A stretch of 64,000 nt of DNA, taken from the IMG/VR virus record IMGVR_UViG_3300029787_000004; one strand, written 5' to 3'. The stretch's first letter is position 1; the number at the start of each line of letters is the position of its first letter. Under the pieces are notes generated by a model. It made no database searches, was not told the origin of the DNA, and saw only the letters and a program-made list of their open reading frames with translations. Both the position numbers and the translations under genes were made by a program. Shown in pieces: positions 57,034 through 64,000 of the stretch. Source of the stretch: an uncultured virus (IMG/VR IMGVR_UViG_3300029787_000004) (Duplodnaviria; Heunggongvirae; Uroviricota; Caudoviricetes).

Positions 57034-58221
57034 ATGCAACTGCGTCCCCACCAGATTCGTATTCTTAATCGTATGCGGAACTACAACAAAGGGCAGGTGA
57101 TTGTCCCCACTGGTGGTGGTAAGACGATGTGCATGATTCAAGATGCCGCACATTCTCAACAATCAAAGTGTGGTTCTACCACCATTGTTGTTGCTCCTCG
57201 TATTCTCCTTGCAGAACAACTTTGCAGTGAGTTTCTGGAAGTTTTGAACGTCAAATATACTCACGTGATGCACGTTCACAGTGGTGAGACACATCACTAT
57301 TCTACAACAAAAGCAGATGACATTCATGTATTTGCTAACACTGCCCGCGAGGTTGGTGAGGATGTTCTAATCTTCACCACATACAATTCATTGCATCGTG
57401 TGATGGAGGCAGATATTGAGGTCAACACAATATACTTTGACGAGGCACACAACAGCGTCAAGCGTAACTTTTTCCCTCCCACTGAGTTCTTCTCTTACGA
57501 GGCAGATCGTTGCTACTTCTTCACAGCTACACGTAAGACTTCGGTCACTATCAATAAACCAGGCATGAATGATGAGGCAGTCTATGGTCAAATCATTGCC
57601 CGTGTTTCTGCTCCTGAGTTGGTAGAAGGTGGATACATCATCCCTCCACGTATTCAAGCAAAGATGTTTGATATTCACAAGAACTCACGGATGATCTCGT
57701 GCGAGACTGATTCAGAGAACGTGATGGATACAATCGATGAGACTGACACGAAGAAGATTCTAGTATGTGTCAAGACTTCACGTCAACTCATCAACTTGAT
57801 GGCACACACTGACTTTGCCAAAGATCTTGGTGTCCGTGGTTATTCATGCCTCTACATTACATCCAAGACGGGTGCAGTCATCGATGGTAAGAAAGTCAAT
57901 CGCGAGGTATTCTTCGAGACGTTGAATGCTTGGGGTCGCGATCCTGAGAAAAAGTTTGTTGTTCTGCATCGTTCTATTCTCTCTGAGGGTATCAACGTCA
58001 GCGAACTGGAAACTGTCATCTTCCTTCGCAACATGAACGTGATTGAGATGACACAGACTATCGGTCGTGTATTGCGTACAGGCAACGAATCTAAAACGTT
58101 TGGTTTGTGTGTCGTGCCTGTATATTCTCAGGTTGGTGTTGCTACCGAGCGTGCATTGCAGTCGGTTGTTAACACCGTCTTTGAGAAAGGTGAGATGTTA
58201 GATAGTGTGGTGCGTCGATGA
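57034..58221 (+). CDS. Superfamily 2 DEAH helicase (ResIII-like)
   Basis: LRPHQ, PTGGGKT, DEAH, TAT, LSEGIN, QTIGRVLR. Confidence 0.92.
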   Translation: MQLRPHQIRILNRMRNYNKGQVIVPTGGGKTMCMIQDAAHSQQSKCGSTTIVVAPRILLAEQLCSEFLEVLNVKYTHVMHVHSGETHHYSTTKADDIHVFANTAREVGEDVLIFTTYNSLHRVMEADIEVNTIYFDEAHNSVKRNFFPPTEFFSYEADRCYFFTATRKTSVTINKPGMNDEAVYGQIIARVSAPELVEGGYIIPPRIQAKMFDIHKNSRMISCETDSENVMDTIDETDTKKILVCVKTSRQLINLMAHTDFAKDLGVRGYSCLYITSKTGAVIDGKKVNREVFFETLNAWGRDPEKKFVVLHRSILSEGINVSELETVIFLRNMNVIEMTQTIGRVLRTGNESKTFGLCVVPVYSQVGVATERALQSVVNTVFEKGEMLDSVVRR

Positions 58222-58223
58222 CT

Positions 58224-58282
58224 GTGCCAATCCGCAAACCGGTCCCCTTACCTATGCAACAGGGTGAGGGTGCTGCTATGAT
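58224..58282 (+). promoter_or_regulatory. Early-type promoter with 22-bp motif
   Basis: GTGCCAAT-N6-ACCGGTCC; TG-extended TATGAT at 58277. Confidence 0.65.
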
Positions 58283-58304
58283 AGTACCAACAAACAAAAC
58301 ACCG

Positions 58305-58895
58305 ATGCCATTCCTCTCCGAGTTCCTGACTACTTCATTTCAGAACGTTCGTAGCAGCAAGCGTACTGATGAACTGCACAAAGCATTGCTAAATGAGATT
58401 CTCAACGCTAATCCTGAGATGGCAGAGTATCGTTGGGAGTTTGAATATCAACTGAAAGAAGATGCCTTCGGTGGCACATTTGATATTGACATCGTAGGAT
58501 TTGATGCTGATGATAACATGAAGGTGGCAATTCTTGCCAAGGCTATCAACAGCAACGTGAACAAAAATATCAAAAACTATGCAAATACTACGATCGGTGA
58601 GGCAGCACGACTCTATTATGCTCCTGGATGTAACACCATCGAGAAGATTCTCTTCGTAAGTGTATTGCCACGTATTGCACCACGATTCAACACAGCAGGC
58701 GATGTTGTTGGGTTTGATGATGTGATTGGTGCTAAGAATCGTACCAAATTGGATGATGTTCTCTCCCGTCAATATAATGGCACCGTTGAGACAATGGATC
58801 TATACTTTGACATTGAGAATGTAACTGAGCAGAAGAATAAGGTAGACTACAATACAATCAACCCAATCAACCTCACCCCTATGCCAGTTGTCTAA
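58305..58895 (+). CDS. Hypothetical protein, possible restriction-endonuclease-like fold
   Basis: FEYQL...FDIDIV...AILAK; start set downstream of the promoter. Confidence 0.55.
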   Translation: MPFLSEFLTTSFQNVRSSKRTDELHKALLNEILNANPEMAEYRWEFEYQLKEDAFGGTFDIDIVGFDADDNMKVAILAKAINSNVNKNIKNYANTTIGEAARLYYAPGCNTIEKILFVSVLPRIAPRFNTAGDVVGFDDVIGAKNRTKLDDVLSRQYNGTVETMDLYFDIENVTEQKNKVDYNTINPINLTPMPVV

Positions 58896-58938
58896 GTGGA
58901 CACCATCGCTTGACTTTCACCCCATTCCATGGCATACT
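58881..58938 (+). promoter_or_regulatory. Early-type promoter with 22-bp motif
   Basis: ATGCCAGT-N6-AGTGGACA; TTGACT-N17-CATACT. Confidence 0.8.
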
Positions 58939-58944
58939 AATAGT

Positions 58945-59853
58945 ATGAAAAACACACACCTCCAACACCCCGAAGATTCTATTTTGTCGGGTGACTTGTC
59001 TGCGCTTGATTGGTTAACATCAGGCGAAGATTTTCATCTATCAGTCAAGATTGATGGCGCTCCTGCTATTGTTTGGGGCACTAATCCTGCTAATGGCAAA
59101 TTCTTTGTTGGCACAAAGTCTGTATTCAACAAAGTCAAGATCAAGATCAATCACTCGCATGATGAGATCGATCAGAATCATTCTGGTGAGGTAGCAATCA
59201 TTCTCCATGCTTGTTTTGCTAATCTTCCACGAACAAATCGCATTCTTCAAGGTGATTTCATTGGCATTGGAGGTGATGACACATATACTCCCAATACGAT
59301 TACTTACGTTTTTGACGATGTAATCGATCAGACTATCATTATTGCACCGCATACAATCTACACAGCAGACAAAGATCTGCGTGATGCTGTTGCTCACCCT
59401 CTGCAATATCTTCCATACAAAGACAGCGATCAAGTCAAATGGGTCCATCCTAAGTGTTGGGTACAGCAGACACAACGCAGTCATAAGGTTGCATTTGCAC
59501 GTCAAATGTCTACCACGTGTGAGTTCTTGGATTCTAAGGACTCTGCATCTCTTCAAAAACAATTCAATGGCATCATTCGGTCAGGTCTTAACATCGACGA
59601 CATTACACTTGATGCCCTTGCACATGCAAATCAGGTTGATGTAAATACTCTGCGTTTGTGGCAGTTAGTTGCATCAATCAAGATGGATATGCTGATGCAA
59701 TGCCGCAACAATGGTCCCAAAGCATATGTTGACGGTCGTCAATGTCGTGGTGAGGGTTATGTCATGGTGAATCAATTTGGTGTGTTCAAACTCGTTGATC
59801 GCTTTCAATTCTCTCGTGCTAACTTCAACAACGACAAATTTGCCAATGTCTGA
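58945..59853 (+). CDS. DUF6267-like, ligase/nucleotidyltransferase-fold protein
   Basis: KNTHL.H.ED, VKIDGAP (KxDG), QGD, EGYV, KLVDR. Confidence 0.7.
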   Translation: MKNTHLQHPEDSILSGDLSALDWLTSGEDFHLSVKIDGAPAIVWGTNPANGKFFVGTKSVFNKVKIKINHSHDEIDQNHSGEVAIILHACFANLPRTNRILQGDFIGIGGDDTYTPNTITYVFDDVIDQTIIIAPHTIYTADKDLRDAVAHPLQYLPYKDSDQVKWVHPKCWVQQTQRSHKVAFARQMSTTCEFLDSKDSASLQKQFNGIIRSGLNIDDITLDALAHANQVDVNTLRLWQLVASIKMDMLMQCRNNGPKAYVDGRQCRGEGYVMVNQFGVFKLVDRFQFSRANFNNDKFANV

Positions 59854-60052
59854 GTATACCAAAGAACAACTGATTGATGCCCTTGTTCATGAGTGGGAGT
59901 ATCTCTGCCATGATGACTATGACCCGCAAGATCCAACACCAGAAGAATATCGAAAAGACATGGAATCACTCACCATTGAGGAACTAATCGAAGAAACATC
60001 AACTGACGAAGGTTACACTTTGGATGAGTTCATGGAGAATCATGGATCATGA
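59846..60052 (+). CDS. Hypothetical acidic protein
   Basis: MSEYTKEQLIDAL... Confidence 0.7.
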   Translation: MSEYTKEQLIDALVHEWEYLCHDDYDPQDPTPEEYRKDMESLTIEELIEETSTDEGYTLDEFMENHGS

Positions 60053-60189
60053 AATGGGAAGTTAAGTTATACGTTGGCGGCACAATCTTCAAAGAAGAAG
60101 TACATGCCACCAGTCATAAGGACGCCAAAGAAACAGCTTTGGCACGAAATCCTACTGCCAAAGTAATAGGAGTAAATCCTATCGTGTGA
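60049..60189 (+). CDS. Small hypothetical protein
   Basis: Manually translated MKWEVKLYVGG...ARNPTAKVIGVN; ATGA overlap. Confidence 0.7.
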   Translation: MKWEVKLYVGGTIFKEEVHATSHKDAKETALARNPTAKVIGVNPIV

Positions 60190-60242
60190 CAGTTGGCAAG
60201 GTGCCCACTGATCCCCCCACAGGGGTCAAAATCGTGTATTAT
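60186..60242 (+). promoter_or_regulatory. Early-type promoter with 22-bp motif
   Basis: GTGACAGT-N6-GGTGCCCA; TATTAT at 60237. Confidence 0.7.
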
Positions 60243-60271
60243 TAAAGAGTCAAAGGAACGGATTCAACTCG

Positions 60272-60526
60272 ATGCAACTCACAGCAAACGGCGCTCACAT
60301 GGTTGTTGACTTCTATCCCGTCAAATATGCTGATGGAACTATCAGCGAGCGTCTAATGTATAAGACCGTCACATTCTGCGACAAAATGCAGTCTAAGTCT
60401 TATATCAATAAGTGTATGTTTGAGAAAGAGGTTGAGAGTCGTGTTGAGGGTTACAAGTATGAAGTGACTGATATGCACACAGAACCACAACTTTTCAATT
60501 CTGCACTGATTCAAACTCGTTGGTGA
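60272..60526 (+). CDS. Hypothetical protein
   Basis: 84 aa after the promoter. Confidence 0.7.
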   Translation: MQLTANGAHMVVDFYPVKYADGTISERLMYKTVTFCDKMQSKSYINKCMFEKEVESRVEGYKYEVTDMHTEPQLFNSALIQTRW

Positions 60527-60618
60527 TTCGCTTCACTAAGTAACACTCTGGGCACGTTAGCGTTGCATCGGTAAGTCCCAGACAATCACTTCACTATCTA
60601 ACATCATTCACTCTAATC

Positions 60619-60900
60619 ATGAATTACACTCTCAAACAACTTCAAGACAAAGTATCACGAATGATTGAAGAACAGGGAGAAGATGCAGAATGTGGCGCAT
60701 GGATTTTTACCAAGAATGATTGTCATTTAAAGGATGAAGATGGCAACATTGATTATAACAATAACGTAGAAGATCCTGCATTGATTGCACGTATCTTTGA
60801 TGATGTAGGAAACAATGATTACATCTATCAGGTGATTCAAGAGAGTGTGGATGAGATCACAGAAGAGAATCTTATGTCACTTCAACAGGAGTTAGTTTGA
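60619..60900 (+). CDS. Hypothetical protein
   Basis: 93 aa. Confidence 0.72.
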   Translation: MNYTLKQLQDKVSRMIEEQGEDAECGAWIFTKNDCHLKDEDGNIDYNNNVEDPALIARIFDDVGNNDYIYQVIQESVDEITEENLMSLQQELV

Positions 60901-61266
60901 TGATTGACTTCCCTATCTACAAGAAACAACTTCCACAAATCTGGATGGAAGATGGTAAGTTCGTGATCGAATCATCATCGTTTCGATATGTTATCGAAGA
61001 TGACTTAAAACTTTTGTTTAAGTTATGCCGACGCTTCAAGACTGATGCAATCAAGCAAACATATGTCACTAATTAAACAATATCTCTACAATCTTCGTGA
61101 ATCCTCAAATCCTGGACCCACATCCCCCGATAGTATGCAAGTGCGGCAATCACGTCGCGATGCCTATCAAGAAGTCGATGTATGTTGCTCTGACGGAGTT
61201 AGGAACAAAGAACGCAATGAGGAGATTTCGTAATCACTCCACGGCATGGACTTACATCCGTGAGAT

Positions 61267-61464
61267 ATGCAAAAAAGAGAAATCTATGGTAAAATGATGG
61301 AGTCAACCCTATCCAAGTCAATGCTCAAAGTTACACTCTCACCTGACCAAATCGATCTTATCACCTATTGCTTAGAGCAACAGGAATACGACTTTGATGA
61401 GATTGAGCAGAGAGACTATCAAGAGATTCTTAAAGCAATCAAGTACCCAGAACCCGCAAACTGA
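61267..61464 (+). CDS. Hypothetical protein
   Basis: Start uncertain; coupled to the next ORF. Confidence 0.5.
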   Translation: MQKREIYGKMMESTLSKSMLKVTLSPDQIDLITYCLEQQEYDFDEIEQRDYQEILKAIKYPEPAN

Positions 61465-61817
61465 TGTTATTCACTTCCGGCAGATCAATGAACTATCCCA
61501 CACAGGAGGTTTTTGACTTCTTCACATCACAATATCCCATCCAAAGTGATGTTGAGGTATTTCACACCGATCTTAGTTGCGAAAATGCCCTAGGGTTCAC
61601 CGAGACAAATGGAAATGAGCAATTTATCCAGATTGATAAAAACTTGAACGAATCCGACTATATTACTACTTTATTGCATGAATTGGTGCATGTAATACAA
61701 AACGAATCAGGCATTTTGACTGAAAGAGTGAGAGAAGATCAAGCATATCACATGGAGAGTATACTTTACGACCGTTGGTGTGACAGTCGCCAAAGTGGTC
61801 TAATCCCCGTTGCGTGA
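61464..61817 (+). CDS. HExxH metallopeptidase-like protein
   Basis: TTLLHELVHVIQ...E..AY. Confidence 0.7.
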   Translation: MLFTSGRSMNYPTQEVFDFFTSQYPIQSDVEVFHTDLSCENALGFTETNGNEQFIQIDKNLNESDYITTLLHELVHVIQNESGILTERVREDQAYHMESILYDRWCDSRQSGLIPVA

Positions 61818-61837
61818 CGCCCAAAATCGTGTATTAT
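61780..61837 (+). promoter_or_regulatory. Early-type promoter with 22-bp motif
   Basis: GTGACAGT-N6-AGTGGTCT; TATTAT at 61832. Confidence 0.7.
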
Positions 61838-61871
61838 TAAAGAGTCAAAGGAACACCACTCAAAACCTCTC

Positions 61872-62219
61872 ATGCGTAAGATCGAATCCCAAATGAACGC
61901 CGCCATCCAGGCAAACAAAAATTGGACCTCAGGCAACACGGCAGTTTATTTTGATGAGACCTCAGGCGTCAGCGTCGTTCGTCTCCACGGCAACAAAATT
62001 GCTGAGATCGATGACAACTCTATGACAATCTTCGATGGCGGTTGGCAGTCTACCACCACAAAATCACGCCTTAATGCACTTTGCGAAGAATTCTGCATCG
62101 ATGGAGAGGGAGTTTTTCAGAAAAACTTCAAGTGGTTTGTCCGTAAGTTCGTAGGAATGGCAGGACAAAGCAAAGTTTACAACGTCGATGATTTCTCCAA
62201 CGGTTACATCTTCGCCTGA
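61872..62219 (+). CDS. Conserved phage hypothetical protein
   Basis: MRKIE..M..AI, LHGNKIA, GWQSTTTKSRLNAL. Confidence 0.8.
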   Translation: MRKIESQMNAAIQANKNWTSGNTAVYFDETSGVSVVRLHGNKIAEIDDNSMTIFDGGWQSTTTKSRLNALCEEFCIDGEGVFQKNFKWFVRKFVGMAGQSKVYNVDDFSNGYIFA

Positions 62220-62227
62220 TTCTTACC

Positions 62228-62395
62228 ATGCTTAAAAAGACTCTGATTCGTGTCGTTGGTGAGACTGCCAACGGCGTTGATTCTAAGATGACGCGATTAG
62301 AAAAATTCGACGTTTTCTGCCGCGTTTGTGATAATCTACTAGAAGACGGTAGAATCACCACTGCCCAACATTCATCATGGACAAACATTTTCTAA
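62228..62395 (+). CDS. Small hypothetical protein
   Basis: Manually translated; resembles 63422-63604 (D.L...G.I......W..F). Confidence 0.6.
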   Translation: MLKKTLIRVVGETANGVDSKMTRLEKFDVFCRVCDNLLEDGRITTAQHSSWTNIF

Positions 62396-62692
62396 TGAAA
62401 GATCCTTGCACTATGGCACTCGAAAGCGATCAAGAGCTAATGTCACTTTATGAGAAGTGGGATGAACAACAAGTTGAGGAATTCTTCAACGACGTTGATA
62501 CTATGAACATCAAATGCGACGAATTCAGTCAGGAGCAATTTACAGTATGATGGAAACTACTATCGAAGAAGATCTGCACTATCTAACATGGGTCATCGAA
62601 GATCTATCAGAGGATCAGATCGATGAAATCATGACAAAAGCAGAGGAATTAAAGATCTCTGCCCGCTATTATGTCGAGGAGTTCACTACACT

Positions 62693-62944
62693 ATGAAAGA
62701 CAACATCGTTGATCGTGATGCACTACAAGAGCAACTAATCATGAATCAGATTGATGACATGGATCTCAAAACGATGAGATACGTGTTATTCAGTTACTTC
62801 AATTCATTGTATGATGAGTATGATCTCGATCGATTGATTGAAGAAGCAGAGGGATACTATCCAGGCATATGTTTAAAAGAGAATGTAACATTGTTCTCTG
62901 CATTGGAGTCTACCGCAGATGATCCCATGGGAATCGGTAAGTGA
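62693..62944 (+). CDS. Hypothetical protein
   Basis: 83 aa; GAGGAG upstream. Confidence 0.65.
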   Translation: MKDNIVDRDALQEQLIMNQIDDMDLKTMRYVLFSYFNSLYDEYDLDRLIEEAEGYYPGICLKENVTLFSALESTADDPMGIGK

Positions 62945-63000
62945 ACCAGTTGGGAGAGTGTCCACTATCGCTTGCAATTCTCCCTCAGATCTGCCATACT
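62943..63000 (+). promoter_or_regulatory. Early-type promoter with 22-bp motif
   Basis: GAACCAGT-N6-AGTGTCCA; TTGCAA-N17-CATACT. Confidence 0.75.
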
Positions 63001-63051
63001 ATCAGTATGAACAAAACAAATTTCCGTCTCACCGATCCCGATTTCATCCAG

Positions 63052-63061
63052 NNNNNNNNNN
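63052..63061. other. Assembly gap (10 N) with duplicated flanks
   Basis: 62896-62944 repeats at 63062-63110; 62988-63051 repeats at 63191-63254. Confidence 0.95.
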
Positions 63062-63209
63062 CTCTGCATTGGAGTCTACCGCAGATGATCCCATGGGAAT
63101 CGGTAAGTGATCCACATCCAAGATCGTCACAAGCAACCTTAATGTTTTCTTCCTGAGTTTTGTATCCGCATGAACTACCGGATCCCACAGGATCTGCCAT
63201 ACTATCAGT

Positions 63210-63416
63210 ATGAACAAAACAAATTTCCGTCTCACCGATCCCGATTTCATCCAGGCACTGCGTGACCTGCCTGCCTTCCTACTCAGCACCGATGCTGACC
63301 TGGATATGGCATATGATTGGGTCTGCGAAATGTCTGCGCCGTTTGCAAACGATTTAGCAGCATTTGACCTCTTTTATGATGTTTACAACGAAACATTCGA
63401 TCAGGTAGGTAACTGA
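63210..63416 (+). CDS. Hypothetical protein
   Basis: Complete copy of the ORF that begins at 63007. Confidence 0.65.
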   Translation: MNKTNFRLTDPDFIQALRDLPAFLLSTDADLDMAYDWVCEMSAPFANDLAAFDLFYDVYNETFDQVGN

Positions 63417-63421
63417 AACTC

Positions 63422-63604
63422 ATGATTACTAAATCACAAGCTCTCTCACAATTCCGCTACAATTGGAAAGTCGCAATTCAGCAAAATCCAGAGGTAGATA
63501 ACATTCATGCAAAACGTGAGGCATGGGGAATCTTTACTGATGATCTTTGTCGTGAGGGTTATATCAGCATGAAGAAATATGAGTCATGGAGTGCCCCATT
63601 TTGA
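63422..63604 (+). CDS. Hypothetical protein
   Basis: KREAW..FTD.LC.EG.I...YESW..PF. Confidence 0.7.
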   Translation: MITKSQALSQFRYNWKVAIQQNPEVDNIHAKREAWGIFTDDLCREGYISMKKYESWSAPF

Positions 63605-63657
63605 ACGTTAAATCTGCCCTTTCTAAGTTGACATTACTGACCCCAATCAAACCAGAT

Positions 63658-63846
63658 ATGGATAGAGTCGAGATCAATAAGTCTATCATGGAGTTGAACT
63701 TCAAGAAAGAAGAGTTACAGAAGGAGATTGATAGTATGAACGCATCAATTCAGTTTCTCGTGAAGCAACGTGATATGATAGATGATGCTGATGATGATCT
63801 TTTTTATAAGATGTTTCCACCTGATGAGTCTACCGGATGGAACTAG
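63658..63846 (+). CDS. Hypothetical coiled-coil protein
   Basis: MDRVEINKSIMEL...; start inferred. Confidence 0.55.
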   Translation: MDRVEINKSIMELNFKKEELQKEIDSMNASIQFLVKQRDMIDDADDDLFYKMFPPDESTGWN

Positions 63847-64000
63847 AATTACCACCTGATTTCCATCACATTGCACCCAAAGGTTTCTCTTATGAAGTTA
63901 AACAATTCAAGTCTAATCTTTCTAGTATCTGGTTGCTTAATCATGCTTTCTTTTCTTATACCAGTGAAGTTCCAAGGACAATCTGGGGGTTCTATGATAG

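Noticed and set aside
58218..58304. N-terminal extension of the ORF at 58218
   Set aside because: It spans the motif promoter; ATG 58305 is the more plausible start
62919..63289. ORFs spanning the N run
   Set aside because: Artefacts of the gap and duplicated flanks

Overview
This window is a 64-kb segment of a T4-like marine cyanophage (cyanomyovirus; host probably Synechococcus or Prochlorococcus). From left to right: (1) the 3' end of psbD and a small-gene region containing a glutamine-riboswitch-like RNA; (2) thyX, phoH, an exonuclease, gp33, gp59 and gp32; (3) an inverted gp53-gp48-gp2-gp4 block; (4) baseplate genes (gp54-like, gp26, gp51, two large proteins with peptidoglycan-active domains, a hub-like protein, cp12, gp5); (5) a tRNA-Leu; (6) a ~29-kb tail-fibre island where fibre genes and glycine-rich adhesin-like genes alternate with 2OG-Fe(II) oxygenases and a kdsB/HAD/SIS/putative-glycosyltransferase cassette; (7) an early-type region of small ORFs behind host-like promoters that share a 22-bp upstream motif. 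The most notable observations are a nested double glutamine-aptamer-like RNA with a 54-codon ORF inside one stem, a candidate -1 frameshift fusing gp26 to gp51, repeated fibre-adhesin-modifying-enzyme modules suggesting virion protein hydroxylation or glycosylation, a position-fixed early promoter motif, and a duplicated A-tract element. There is a 10-N gap with flanking duplication near 63.05 kb. All family calls come from motif recognition by eye; no searches were run.
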